Shown: piece after piece, positions 17,907 to 27,740 of the stretch
Layout of the letters: the number at the start of each line of letters is the position of its first letter
Position numbering within the stretch: position 1 is the stretch's first letter
IMG/VR virus record: IMGVR_UViG_3300045988_131786
Coordinates: 86,055 to 150,054 of that record
Source: a virus
Length of the DNA: 64,000 nt
Strand: one strand, 5' to 3'
The notes under the pieces: model-generated
Seen by the model: only the letters and a program-made list of their open reading frames with translations
What the model was told of the DNA's origin: nothing
Database searches by the model: none
Program-made: the position numbers and the translations under genes

Positions 17907-18185
17907 ATGAGATTACATGCAGGAGATGTAGTTAGACATTTTAAACGAGAAACTCTTTCACAAGAAGAACAGGAAAACACTAAAAAATATTTATATATAA
18001 TTTATGATATAGCAGAACATACTGAAACTGGTGAAAAGCTAGTAATATATCATAACTTATATGAGCCATTTAAATTATATGCTCGTCCAATAGATATGTT
18101 TATGAGTAAGGTGGATAAAGAAAAATATCCAAACATAAAACAAGAATATAGATTTGAACTTTTGGAGGATAAGAAAGATGAATAA
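17907..18185 (+). CDS. DUF1653-like small protein
   Basis: AAAGGAGAT RBS. The motif ...YLYIIYDIAEHTETGEKLVIYHNLYEPFKLYARPIDMF resembles the DUF1653 family, as recalled from memory. Confidence 0.45.
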   Translation: MRLHAGDVVRHFKRETLSQEEQENTKKYLYIIYDIAEHTETGEKLVIYHNLYEPFKLYARPIDMFMSKVDKEKYPNIKQEYRFELLEDKKDE

Positions 18186-18576
18186 TTTAGATATTTTAAA
18201 ACAAATTTTTGATGTATGTATTGTACCTTTAATTGCAATTTTAACTTCTTATTTAATTAGTTATATTCAAGTTCAAAAAGAGCAATTAAAGAAAAAAACA
18301 AATAATGAATTGCTAAATAAATATATTGACATGGCAGCTAATACTATTGCAGATTGTGTTACTACAACTAATCAAACATATGTAGAAGCCTTAAAAAAAG
18401 AAGGTAAGTTTGATGAAGAAGCGCAAAAGGTTGCCTTCCAAAAAACTTTAAATGCGGTTTTAGCTTTACTTACTAAAGAGGCTAAAGATTATTTAACTGA
18501 GGCTTATGGAGATTTGAATTTATATTTAACTAATAAAATCGAGTCTACAGTTAATGAGAAGAAAACTTCTAAATAA
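18178..18576 (+). CDS. Small membrane protein with one N-terminal transmembrane helix
   Basis: ATG at 18178 is preceded by GGAGGA. Hydrophobic stretch IVPLIAILTSYLISYI. A terminator follows. Confidence 0.45.
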   Translation: MNNLDILKQIFDVCIVPLIAILTSYLISYIQVQKEQLKKKTNNELLNKYIDMAANTIADCVTTTNQTYVEALKKEGKFDEEAQKVAFQKTLNAVLALLTKEAKDYLTEAYGDLNLYLTNKIESTVNEKKTSK

Positions 18577-18589
18577 TACGTTACCAGAA

Positions 18590-18627
18590 GGGTAGGTTCT
18601 TAGAAAAAGAACCTACCCCTTATTTTG
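18590..18627 (+). terminator. Rho-independent terminator
   Basis: gggtaggttc...gaacctaccc 10-bp stem followed by a T-rich tail. Confidence 0.65.
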
Positions 18628-18721
18628 CGTTATACCAAAAATTTTTTAGAAAAATATCTTGGGGTATAGGAGAAAACTGGGCGAATGAAGTAAAAGATTA
18701 CCAAAAAATTCGCATATACTT

Positions 18722-19177
18722 ATGAAAGGAAGAGGAGAAAAAGTTAATAGAAAGAAGGTAAGTAAAATGTATCCTAATTACAATTATTACCCACCTCGCC
18801 AACAGCAACAACAACCGCAACCTCAAATTCCTCCTTTTCTTAAAGGTAGACCAGTATCTTCATTAGAAGAGGTTAGGGCTATTCCAATAGACTTTGATGG
18901 TTCTGTTTTTTACTTCCCAGATATAGCCAATAGAAGAATATATACAAAACAAATTAATTTAGATGGGACAGCATTAATAAACATGTACGAATTTAAGCCT
19001 ATTCCAGTAGCACAAGAATCTACTACTAATACAAATACAGATGCCTTTGTGACTAGAGAAGAATTTGAAGAAACAATGTCAAAAATTAAGGAAATGTTTG
19101 CGGCGATGCCGGCTCAGAGCCCGCAACCGGTGCAAAAAGAAGTAACTAAGAAACCCGCAGAAATGCCAAAATTTTAA
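18722..19177 (+). CDS. Hypothetical protein with a Gln/Pro-rich N-terminal region
   Basis: ORF. The alternative internal start MYPNYNYYPP at 18767 cannot be excluded. Confidence 0.4.
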   Translation: MKGRGEKVNRKKVSKMYPNYNYYPPRQQQQQPQPQIPPFLKGRPVSSLEEVRAIPIDFDGSVFYFPDIANRRIYTKQINLDGTALINMYEFKPIPVAQESTTNTNTDAFVTREEFEETMSKIKEMFAAMPAQSPQPVQKEVTKKPAEMPKF

Positions 19178-19189
19178 GGAGGAAACCGC

Positions 19190-19435
19190 ATGAATAACAT
19201 AAATCCTATGCAATTAATTCAGATGATTAAAGGCGGTCAAAATCCGCAACAACTTATGATGAGTATACTTGAACAACAAATGCAAAATACTCCAATGGGA
19301 GCTAATCTATTGTCTTTAGCAAAGCAAAATAGAAGTGCAGATATTGAACAAATCGCCCGCAATATATGTAAACAAAGCGGAAAAGATTTTGATAAAGAAT
19401 TTAATGCTTTCAAGCAAATGCTTGGGCTTAAATAA
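19190..19435 (+). CDS. Small hypothetical protein (81 aa)
   Basis: AAGGAGG 7 nt upstream of the ATG. Confidence 0.45.
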   Translation: MNNINPMQLIQMIKGGQNPQQLMMSILEQQMQNTPMGANLLSLAKQNRSADIEQIARNICKQSGKDFDKEFNAFKQMLGLK

Positions 19436-19459
19436 TAAATTTTAAAGGAGGACATTAAT

Positions 19460-20227
19460 ATGTTCAATAATGCAGCTAGTGGCTATAGTTTAGCCGATAT
19501 CGCAGCCGCTACAGGTTCTACCCGCAATGACAATGGTTGGGGCTTTGGTGGCGATGGAGCTTGGTGGATTATTATTTTATTCCTGTTCTGTTTCGCAGGA
19601 TGGGGAGGAAATGGAAATGGTCTCTTTGGAGGCGGTTCCACAGGTTCTGGAATTACTGATGGTTATATTTTAACATCAGATTTTGCCAACATTGAAAGAA
19701 AAATTGATGGTGTAAATAGTGGTGTTTGTGATGGATTTTATGCCATGAACACAGGCATGCTGAATGGATTTGCTGGTATTAATAATAATATTACACAGCA
19801 AACAATTGCAGATATGCAGAATACCAACGCTATCAACGCAGGTATTACTAATTTAGGTACTCAGTTACAGCAATGTTGCTGCCAAACAAGATATGAAGAC
19901 GCTCAGAACTTTGCTCAATTAAATTATAATTTAGCAGACCAAGAATGTTCAACTCGTAGAGCTGTTACTGATGCGACAAGAGATTTAATGGAAAATCAAA
20001 ATGCTAATACTAGAAGTGTATTAAGCGCAATTCAAGAAATGCAAACACAGGCACTGCATGATAAGATTACTGAACTTACAGCTGTTAATTCTGACCTTAA
20101 ATTCCAAGCTAGCCAGGCAGCTCAGAACAGTTATCTAATCAATGCACTTAACCCTTCACCTGTACCTGCATACACAGTTCCTAACCCTTATTCAAGTTAT
20201 AGAAGCTGTGGATGTTCAACTTTATGA
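19460..20227 (+). CDS. Gly-rich membrane protein with one transmembrane helix and a coiled-coil / Gln-Asn-rich tail
   Basis: AAAGGAGG RBS. WWIIILFLFCFAGW transmembrane helix; GGNGNGLFGGGSTGSG; CCC and C-terminal CGC motifs. Confidence 0.45.
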   Translation: MFNNAASGYSLADIAAATGSTRNDNGWGFGGDGAWWIIILFLFCFAGWGGNGNGLFGGGSTGSGITDGYILTSDFANIERKIDGVNSGVCDGFYAMNTGMLNGFAGINNNITQQTIADMQNTNAINAGITNLGTQLQQCCCQTRYEDAQNFAQLNYNLADQECSTRRAVTDATRDLMENQNANTRSVLSAIQEMQTQALHDKITELTAVNSDLKFQASQAAQNSYLINALNPSPVPAYTVPNPYSSYRSCGCSTL

Positions 20228-20296
20228 TTAATTAGTTTGACTACTAGGGAGTCTGCCAACTCCCTAGATAGTTAAATTCCTGAAAGGAGACTATAT

Positions 20297-20719
20297 ATGG
20301 AACTAACTAGTAATGTAGTACAAACTGTAAACCCAAATGGTAATGTTGTATTTATTACAACAAGAATCCCTGGTAATTGCTCAGTTCTTCATACCGAGGG
20401 AAGTGGAAATATTAAAATGAGAGGCTTGTCTAATAACCAATGCCGCTCAAGATTCAAGGTAACTTTCACTGGTAATATTGCGGTTCCAACTGGCGGTACT
20501 GCAGGAGCTATTTCATTAACTATCACTATAGATGGTGAAGCAGTCCGTACCGCGCAAATGATTGTAACACCTGCCGCAGTAGAGCAATATTTTAATGTAG
20601 CTTCATGTGTATACATTGATGTACCTACTGGATGCTGCTCAACCGCAGGAGTAACTAATACTTCAACACAAGCGATTAACGTTCAAAACGCTAATCTTAT
20701 AGTAGAAAGGGTGGCGTAA
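20297..20719 (+). CDS. Small beta-rich Cys-containing protein, possibly with a TNF/C1q-like fold resembling exosporium or BclA C-terminal domains (weak)
   Basis: GAAAGGAGA RBS. Alternating hydrophobic beta pattern; CC pair near the C-terminus. Confidence 0.35.
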   Translation: MELTSNVVQTVNPNGNVVFITTRIPGNCSVLHTEGSGNIKMRGLSNNQCRSRFKVTFTGNIAVPTGGTAGAISLTITIDGEAVRTAQMIVTPAAVEQYFNVASCVYIDVPTGCCSTAGVTNTSTQAINVQNANLIVERVA

Positions 20720-20722
20720 TAT

Positions 20723-21259
20723 ATGCATAGACTATATGATATGAAAAATTGTTTAATTAGTGCTGCCCAATCTCAAATGGGAAATCTTCAAGATTGTAAC
20801 GCTGAAGAGCTTGGTGAAGTAATTGATATGATAAAGGACCTTGAAGAAGCAATTTATTATTGCACAATTACAAAAGCTATGAACGATAAAGAAGAAAGTA
20901 ATCCTTCTCAATATCGTATGTATTACAAAGAAAGAGGAGGACATGATTATGATAATTCCTCTTCATATATTAACTATCCTAGAATTGATAAGTATAATGA
21001 TAAAAGCAATGAACCTTATCGAGAGAGAGAATTTCCTTTAGAGATGCGGGATGCTCGCGAGGGTCGCAGCCCAGTACGTCGCCGCATGTATATGGAATCT
21101 AAAGAACTTCATAAGGATAAAGTAACTGCAATGAAAGAACTTGAAGAATATATGCAAGAATTAAGTTCTGACATTTGTGAAATGATTGAAGACGCTTCTC
21201 CAGAAGAGAAACAACTGCTTCAAAAGAAAATTATTGCTTTATCAAATAAAATACAATGA
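20723..21259 (+). CDS. Hypothetical acidic protein
   Basis: 178-aa ORF overlapping the next gene by 4 nt. Confidence 0.4.
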   Translation: MHRLYDMKNCLISAAQSQMGNLQDCNAEELGEVIDMIKDLEEAIYYCTITKAMNDKEESNPSQYRMYYKERGGHDYDNSSSYINYPRIDKYNDKSNEPYREREFPLEMRDAREGRSPVRRRMYMESKELHKDKVTAMKELEEYMQELSSDICEMIEDASPEEKQLLQKKIIALSNKIQ

Positions 21260-21573
21260 TTAAAATAAATGGAGAAACCTGGAGAATATTCTTGGTTTCT
21301 CCTAATCATCCAATTCTATATATTAATGGTTCTTATACACTTGGGGCTTGTGATAATGTTACTCATTCAATTTATATTAATGAAAACCTTAATTCTCATA
21401 AAATGAAAAAAGTATTATGCCATGAATTAACACATGCCGCAATGTTTAGTTATGAGGTAGAATTAACGCTAGAACAAGAAGAACTACTAGCGGATTTACT
21501 TGCTACTTATGGGCAAGAAATTATTGATATGACAAATGAAATTTTTATTAAATTAAAGAGGAATATTTATTAG
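21256..21573 (+). CDS. Putative zinc metallopeptidase-like protein (HExxH)
   Basis: LCHELTHAAM motif. The size and context match small SprT/DUF955-like phage proteins. Confidence 0.4.
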   Translation: MIKINGETWRIFLVSPNHPILYINGSYTLGACDNVTHSIYINENLNSHKMKKVLCHELTHAAMFSYEVELTLEQEELLADLLATYGQEIIDMTNEIFIKLKRNIY

Positions 21574-21603
21574 CATGATTAATAAATATTCTTCTTTTTT
21601 CAT

Positions 21604-22035
21604 TTAATCAGTAATATGTTTTGCTTTTTGTACAACTAAAGCAAATAAACTATCACCATTATGGTTGCCTTTTAAACCATTATAAGCATCATGGTCTTCA
21701 ATGCACTGTTGGTATTCTTCCAACGTTATTTCGTGGTCTTCAGCTAATAATGCTTGGCATTCAGCTATAAATTCTTTCTTTTGCATTGAAAGAATTCCTT
21801 TTCTAAGAGCATCTAACTGTTTTTGTAACTCTTGGTCGCCATCTCTTGATTCTTTTTCTATCGCATCATATCGAGAAAACATATCTTCTTTAAGATTTTC
21901 ATAAAATTTAGCACGTTCAGAATTTTGTTCTTCTTCTTTCATTTTCATATATTTCTTAAAAAAGTATCCACCAAGTGCAATTATTAAGCCAAAACCAAAT
22001 TCAAGCCAATATTTAATTACAAAATCTAGTAACAT
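21604..22035 (-). CDS. Membrane protein (N-terminal transmembrane helix), hypothetical
   Basis: 143-aa ORF with an N-terminal hydrophobic helix. It is the first gene of the - strand block. Confidence 0.4.
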   Translation of the reverse strand: MLLDFVIKYWLEFGFGLIIALGGYFFKKYMKMKEEEQNSERAKFYENLKEDMFSRYDAIEKESRDGDQELQKQLDALRKGILSMQKKEFIAECQALLAEDHEITLEEYQQCIEDHDAYNGLKGNHNGDSLFALVVQKAKHITD

Positions 22036-22096
22036 GGTGTTCCTCCTACCTTAATTCTCATATAGAATTAAAAAATAGGAAGGTCAAATTTACTTA

Positions 22097-22588
22097 TTAA
22101 GACCAATCAAACATTTCTGTTTCTTCTTCTTTTACAAAATAGTGAGTTCCAATACATATTGCATCAGCTTCATCTTCTGTACATTTTAATCCATAAGTAG
22201 ATTGAACATATGCTTGCGCGTTTTTCTTTTGTTCTGCTCTAACTTTACCTTTAATCTGTAAAGTAGAACGCCATTGCACTGCTAAAACTGAACTATTAGG
22301 CATTTTAGTTTCTGTAAAATATTCACATAAAACTCCAATAACTTCTGCGAGTTTTTTAAATGTTAATACATTGTTCCCCGCACCAGTTTTTAATTGTATA
22401 TCTTCAAAAATGACTTCATCTACTTCATACTTTTCAATTAATTCCTTAACCTTATTTTTAATATTCATTAACCTTTCACCAAAATCTTTATCGGTAAAAG
22501 TAAAATGTCCATAATCAAGAAGTTTGCCGTCTTCAAAAACGGCAAATCCTGATATTCGACTACTTTGGTCTAAAGCTAAAAGTTTCAT
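22097..22588 (-). CDS. RuvC-like Holliday junction resolvase
   Basis: N-terminus LALDQSSRISGFAVFE (D...S/T...G pattern of phage RuvC-like resolvases); about 160 aa. Confidence 0.55.
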   Translation of the reverse strand: MKLLALDQSSRISGFAVFEDGKLLDYGHFTFTDKDFGERLMNIKNKVKELIEKYEVDEVIFEDIQLKTGAGNNVLTFKKLAEVIGVLCEYFTETKMPNSSVLAVQWRSTLQIKGKVRAEQKKNAQAYVQSTYGLKCTEDEADAICIGTHYFVKEEETEMFDWS

Positions 22589-23160
22589 TATATAGTAGAG
22601 ATAAGGACTGAAGATACTGCAACATCATCAGTGGAACCGAATCCGCCAGCTCTTGTCTTATTAAACTGAATATCATTTGAAGCTTTATAATACTTTTTGA
22701 TAATACCCTGTCCAATAATGTCTCCTTTTTTAATTTGAATAGGATAAGGACTTAAATTAATTAATTGAAAGAAAATTTCACCTTCATTAGCTTCACAGTT
22801 ATAATAATCCGCATCAATAATACCAACACCATTAGCTAAGATAAGCCAATATTTAAGTGGGGTAGATGAACGAACTGAAAGCTCGAGGTATTTATCTGTT
22901 GGAAGTTCACATTTAACTCCAGTAGATACAAGAACTGGTCTTGCTCCTGGTTTATCGGTCACTTTTTTCATCATGTCTAATGTTAAAATTGAATTTTCTG
23001 GATAGCTATTTTTGCACATTTCTGTTATTGACTGATAATATGGCGGAATCACTACATCTTCCGCGGCAGCCATATCATAACCTGCGGCGTTTGTAGTTGC
23101 GCGTTCAGGCATCTTAATATCTTCATCTTTAAATTTAGATACTTTTTCAAATTTAATCAT
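22588..23160 (-). CDS. dut: dUTP diphosphatase (dUTPase)
   Basis: Motifs AGYDM, RSSTPLK, GIIDADYY, RAGGFGSTD. Confidence 0.8.
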   Translation of the reverse strand: MIKFEKVSKFKDEDIKMPERATTNAAGYDMAAAEDVVIPPYYQSITEMCKNSYPENSILTLDMMKKVTDKPGARPVLVSTGVKCELPTDKYLELSVRSSTPLKYWLILANGVGIIDADYYNCEANEGEIFFQLINLSPYPIQIKKGDIIGQGIIKKYYKASNDIQFNKTRAGGFGSTDDVAVSSVLISTI

Positions 23161-23397
23161 TTATTCTACCTCGTAACTAATCAAAACTGACTGGTCAGGT
23201 TCTTTTTCATCTGTAAAGGTTTTTGTTAAGGTTACTCTATACCATTCATCAATAACTTCACCTTTAGATTTTCTTTCTTTATGAACACAACTATATTTTG
23301 ATAAATTACCTTCCTGCTTTGCCTCTTCTAATAGAGTATTTGCTTCACTTTCTGAATCCAATCTATAAACTTCTGTTGTTCCAAGTAAATATTTCAT
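23161..23397 (-). CDS. Hypothetical protein
   Basis: ORF in the co-directional array. Confidence 0.35.
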   Translation of the reverse strand: MKYLLGTTEVYRLDSESEANTLLEEAKQEGNLSKYSCVHKERKSKGEVIDEWYRVTLTKTFTDEKEPDQSVLISYEVE

Positions 23398-23409
23398 TTA
23401 TTTTCTCCT

Positions 23410-23667
23410 TTACTCATTAACTTTTATTTCTACTACATTATGTCCATATTCTGATTTGCTATATTCTAAAATATTATTTTTTATTTCATCTAAATAGCTT
23501 GCATTACCCATTAAATGTGCAGTTCCAATATGACGACTTCTGCAAAAATCAGTAATTGTTTCTACCGCTCTATTTAATGGAATTTTTTCGTCTATAGTTT
23601 TATCTTCTGTTTGAATTTGAACTGTCATATCAAACATAGAAAAGATACAATATAAATCTTTAACCAT
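23410..23667 (-). CDS. Hypothetical protein
   Basis: ORF in the co-directional array. Confidence 0.35.
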   Translation of the reverse strand: MVKDLYCIFSMFDMTVQIQTEDKTIDEKIPLNRAVETITDFCRSRHIGTAHLMGNASYLDEIKNNILEYSKSEYGHNVVEIKVNE

Positions 23668-24217
23668 TAAAATTCACCATTCCTTCATCCCAACCACCAA
23701 GATATAAACAAGTAATTTTATCTTGATATTTAATCCAAAATTCAACAACTTTTTGAGTTTCAAGATAAGAAATATCATATATTTCAGAAAATTCAGATAA
23801 AAGGTCAACTGCGGTTTCCATTAAACTTTTTTCTGTATCATCTTTAACTCGATTTAAAATTGTAAAATAACCTATTTCTTTTCCATACAAAAGATATAAA
23901 TTATCATCTGTATCTTTATCGAATGATTCTTGACAAGCTTTAATCGCGCCATTAACTTTTCTTTTTGCCATAGGTCCGAGTTGTTCAACTATTGATTTAT
24001 TAATATCATATAAATTTAAAGCTAATTGACCTGTTGCTGTTTTTTTGACATCTACTGGTTCCCAATTATTTCCATTAAAAAGAAAATATTGGTTATTATC
24101 TTCAGTACAAGCAATTTGTCCTGTTGTATATTTTTCTTTTGATATTCCTAACTCAAAAATATTTTTAGCATAAATAATACTTTCTTGAGCAGGAGCTTCA
24201 ATTATTTCTTCACTCAT
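23660..24217 (-). CDS. Hypothetical protein
   Basis: ORF in the co-directional array. Confidence 0.4.
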   Translation of the reverse strand: MSEEIIEAPAQESIIYAKNIFELGISKEKYTTGQIACTEDNNQYFLFNGNNWEPVDVKKTATGQLALNLYDINKSIVEQLGPMAKRKVNGAIKACQESFDKDTDDNLYLLYGKEIGYFTILNRVKDDTEKSLMETAVDLLSEFSEIYDISYLETQKVVEFWIKYQDKITCLYLGGWDEGMVNFNG

Positions 24218-24269
24218 AATATTTGTTTCCTTTTCGCTTTATATATATAATTATATAACTTTTTATATA

Positions 24270-24776
24270 TTATGTCAACTTTACAAAATCTCCAGCTTCA
24301 TTTCGTTCATAAATATCTTGATTACTTGAACCACGCAAAAGTAAAGTAATATCTCTTTTATTTTGTTCAAAAGGTCCATCTATAAGAACATCTGTAAATC
24401 CAAGAATTACTTTAATATAACTATCATTCATTTGGTCTAATTCTTTTTTAGTATAACCTGTCCATAAATAAACTTTTAAATCTGGAATCTTAATTTTAAG
24501 ACAAGATAATATATAACAAATGTCTTCTCTATTTTGCGGCGCCAGTGGTTCTCCACCTAAAATGCTAAAACTTCTTTGAATACCATTACTTTTAATTGCA
24601 TCATAAAGTTCTTCAATTAAAAGGTCAACATCTTTTTCATACCCGCCATTAAAATCCCAGGCTTCCGAGTTATGGCACCCAGGGCAGTGTTTATCACAAC
24701 CCTGAGTGAAAAGAGATACAGTAAAACCAGATTTTGTATTTACAACATCATTTTTAATTATTCCAAAATAACGCAT
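24270..24776 (-). CDS. nrdG: Anaerobic ribonucleotide reductase activating protein (radical SAM)
   Basis: CDKHCPGCHN cysteine cluster. The small size fits. It lies immediately downstream of nrdD. Confidence 0.75.
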   Translation of the reverse strand: MRYFGIIKNDVVNTKSGFTVSLFTQGCDKHCPGCHNSEAWDFNGGYEKDVDLLIEELYDAIKSNGIQRSFSILGGEPLAPQNREDICYILSCLKIKIPDLKVYLWTGYTKKELDQMNDSYIKVILGFTDVLIDGPFEQNKRDITLLLRGSSNQDIYERNEAGDFVKLT

Positions 24777-27100
24777 TATTGTTCTAACCTTCCTATATGT
24801 TTTATTCTGAGATTAACTTCATTCTGTTTACCCAAATTAAATGCGGTTTTATAATTACCAGTTAAATAACCAGTTACTCTACGTAATTGCTGAATATTTT
24901 TACTTCCGCATATTGGACAGCAATCATTAAATTCTCCAGTATAACCACAATCTAAACATGTATCATTAGGTACATTAATTGCAAAGTAAGGAATATCATG
25001 GTCCATAGCATATTGAACAATTTCGTTCAAAGCATCTAAATTATTTTTAACTGCACCATCTAATTCGACGTAAGTTATACATCCCGCAGAAGAATATCCT
25101 GTTAATTGACATTCAATATCAATTTTTTCAAAAGGAGAAACCTCTTTCCAAACTGGAACATGCATTGAATTAGTAAAGAAATCTTTATCACTTACATCTT
25201 TAATTACACCATATTTAGCTCTAAATTTCTTAAGCGCAGTATAACAGAGATTTTCAGCTGGGGTATAATATACTCCGAAATTAAGTTTATATTTTTCTTT
25301 AAATTCCGCGCATCTGTCTTTAAATAACTGCTCAATCTTTTTAGCTAATTTCATTCCTTCTGAGGTAGTATGGTCTGTACCAATAAGAATTTGTAAAGCT
25401 TCAGCCAAACCTAATTGACCGACAGCTAAAGTACCATGCTTAAGTGCGCTTCTAATTCCTTCTTCTGGAACATAACCAGCCATAGTCCCATTTTCATACA
25501 TAAATTTTGCAGAATCCGCAGGTTGAGAACAAATCCAATCAAAACGTTCAATTAACATATCTTTAGCTTCATGAATCTTTGTATCTAATAAATCCATGAA
25601 AGCATTAATATAATGCTCATCTGTTACACTAAATGGATTACATTTTATATCTAATTCATACTCTTTATCAATTTTTTCTTTAGCTTCCATCGCTAATGTA
25701 GGCAATATGATAGTTACAGGACAGATATTACCTCGTCCATCTTTCTTCTGACCGAAACCATTAATGTCCCACCCGTTGGCTGTGCGGCAGCCCATAGTTG
25801 AGAAGTAAGTCGTTGGGTCGTCTGGATCATATCCTGCATTACCGCTCCAATCACAATTCGCATAATTAGGATAAAGTCTTGCCGCAGTTGATTTAAGAGC
25901 CAGTCTATATAAATCATAATTTGGTTCTCCTGGTTTACGATTAACACCTTTCATACATTGGAAAATACCACATGGAAAAATGCTTGTTTTATGAATTTTA
26001 CCTACTCCCGCCAAAGAACCTTCAAGTAAAGCCTTAATTACCATTCTTCCTTCTGGAAGAGTACATGTTCCATAATTAATAGAAGTAAAAGGTAATTGGT
26101 TACCGCTTCGAGATTGTAATGTATTAAGGTTATGATACATACCTTCAACGGCTTGTTTTGTTTCTTTTGTTGTCATATCCATTGCATATTTATAAGCTGC
26201 TTCATTTCTAATAAATACATCATCATTAATAGAAGCATTAGTTTTAATCCATGTTTCTTTTGCATTGGATAAATCAAAATCTTCATAAGTTCCAGTTAAT
26301 CCAAGCATTTGACCTTTTTGACAATACTTAACACCGTCTAAGAAATGTTTATAAAAACTTTTACGAACATATGGAACTGCAGACCAATCAAGATGAGTAG
26401 CAGAAACGCCTCCAAATTGCTGTAAGCTTTGAAGCTGAAATAATACTGCTAAAAGTTGAAAGAATGTACTGATGCTGTTTGCTGGACGCACATCAGTTTG
26501 TCTTGTATTAAAGCCTTTTTCCATCAAAGGATCTATTGGCAAACTCAAACAGTTATGTGAGCCAACAGCATATGAGCCTGCATCATGAATATAAATTTCA
26601 TTATTCATATGATTCTCTCTGGATTTCTTAGAAATAATATAATCAAAAGCATATTCTTTTGTCATAACTTCTGCGGCTTCACCTAAACGTCCTCCAAAAG
26701 AATGCTCATCTACATTAGCATTTTGATTTTGAACATTGCGGGCTTCCAATTTTTCTCTAATTGGCGCAATAAAAACTGCTTCATGCTCACGTTGTACTTC
26801 TTGTTTATAACGATAACGAATATAAGCTCTAGCTACATCTCTGCGTTCAGATTGCATAAGCTCATCTTCTACCATATCTTGAATATCCTCAACTGAAACT
26901 GCAGTTGCTTTTTCTTCATCAAGATCATACATTGCATCTTCAATTTCTTTAGCAATATCTCTTGCAGTATCATCCTCATAAAGCTGACCGTCTACCTCAA
27001 TTAAGGCTTTATTAACTGCATTTATAATTTTTTGTCTATCAAAGGGAACTAAAGTTCCGTTACGTTTTTGTATCTGCAACATAATGTTGTATTCCCCCAT
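24776..27100 (-). CDS. nrdD: Anaerobic ribonucleoside-triphosphate reductase (class III, glycyl radical)
   Basis: N-terminal ATP-cone-like region. Zinc motif C-terminal CLDCG...CPICG. Glycyl-radical motif RRVTGYL near the C-terminus. Confidence 0.85.
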   Translation of the reverse strand: MGEYNIMLQIQKRNGTLVPFDRQKIINAVNKALIEVDGQLYEDDTARDIAKEIEDAMYDLDEEKATAVSVEDIQDMVEDELMQSERRDVARAYIRYRYKQEVQREHEAVFIAPIREKLEARNVQNQNANVDEHSFGGRLGEAAEVMTKEYAFDYIISKKSRENHMNNEIYIHDAGSYAVGSHNCLSLPIDPLMEKGFNTRQTDVRPANSISTFFQLLAVLFQLQSLQQFGGVSATHLDWSAVPYVRKSFYKHFLDGVKYCQKGQMLGLTGTYEDFDLSNAKETWIKTNASINDDVFIRNEAAYKYAMDMTTKETKQAVEGMYHNLNTLQSRSGNQLPFTSINYGTCTLPEGRMVIKALLEGSLAGVGKIHKTSIFPCGIFQCMKGVNRKPGEPNYDLYRLALKSTAARLYPNYANCDWSGNAGYDPDDPTTYFSTMGCRTANGWDINGFGQKKDGRGNICPVTIILPTLAMEAKEKIDKEYELDIKCNPFSVTDEHYINAFMDLLDTKIHEAKDMLIERFDWICSQPADSAKFMYENGTMAGYVPEEGIRSALKHGTLAVGQLGLAEALQILIGTDHTTSEGMKLAKKIEQLFKDRCAEFKEKYKLNFGVYYTPAENLCYTALKKFRAKYGVIKDVSDKDFFTNSMHVPVWKEVSPFEKIDIECQLTGYSSAGCITYVELDGAVKNNLDALNEIVQYAMDHDIPYFAINVPNDTCLDCGYTGEFNDCCPICGSKNIQQLRRVTGYLTGNYKTAFNLGKQNEVNLRIKHIGRLEQ

Positions 27101-27152
27101 TCTAAATTTTGTGTCTCATACTATATTTAGACGAAAGCTATAAACTTTTTAG

Positions 27153-27740
27153 CTATTTCTGCCCTAATTGCATCGCATAGATTTCATTAATTAATAACAT
27201 AATATGCTTAATATTTTCTTCTAACTCTGTTAAATTATCATTATAAAGAGTATCTTCAAAAGAAAATTCTTGTTCTAAACCATCAAAATCTATATCATCA
27301 GCTTTAAAACGTCTAATAATTTCATATACATTAGGATTTTCTTCTCGCTCAAGTTGTCTAATCATTCGTTGTTTATCCGAAGCAACAACATAGAATGGAA
27401 ATAATATGATATCTTTATTATGTGAAAGGGCTTCAATTCCCGCAGGATTAAATACTCCAATATTTATCTTACTTTTGGATAAAGAATCATATGAAGTTCC
27501 GTAAAACCAATTATTAAAGCAAGTAGCTTCTAACATTTCACCTTTAAGAACTTTTTCCGCAAACTGCTCGGGATTAAGAAAATAATAATTTATTCCATTC
27601 TGTTCTCCGCTTCTAGGTTCACGAGTAGTACATGAAATTATTTCGTGAATAAAAGGGGCGTCTTTTGTAACGCCCTTTAATATTGTATCTTTTCCGCTTC
27701 CAGCTTTACCAACCAATGCTATAATAATATATTTATTCAT
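27153..27740 (-). CDS. Guanylate kinase-like nucleoside monophosphate kinase
   Basis: P-loop GKAGSGKDT and the motif SCTTREPRSGEQNGINYYF (S-x-TTR-x-PR-x-GE-x-G-x-Y-x-F). Confidence 0.65.
   Translation of the reverse strand: MNKYIIIALVGKAGSGKDTILKGVTKDAPFIHEIISCTTREPRSGEQNGINYYFLNPEQFAEKVLKGEMLEATCFNNWFYGTSYDSLSKSKINIGVFNPAGIEALSHNKDIILFPFYVVASDKQRMIRQLEREENPNVYEIIRRFKADDIDFDGLEQEFSFEDTLYNDNLTELEENIKHIMLLINEIYAMQLGQK

Noticed and set aside
25714-26896. Short ORFs inside nrdD, and similar internal ORFs in polIII, ligase, topoisomerase and the flotillin gene (for example 27817..28117, 47559..47780, 52733..53074, 59998..60539)
   Set aside because: They are nested in strongly supported genes and have no RBS or conservation cues.
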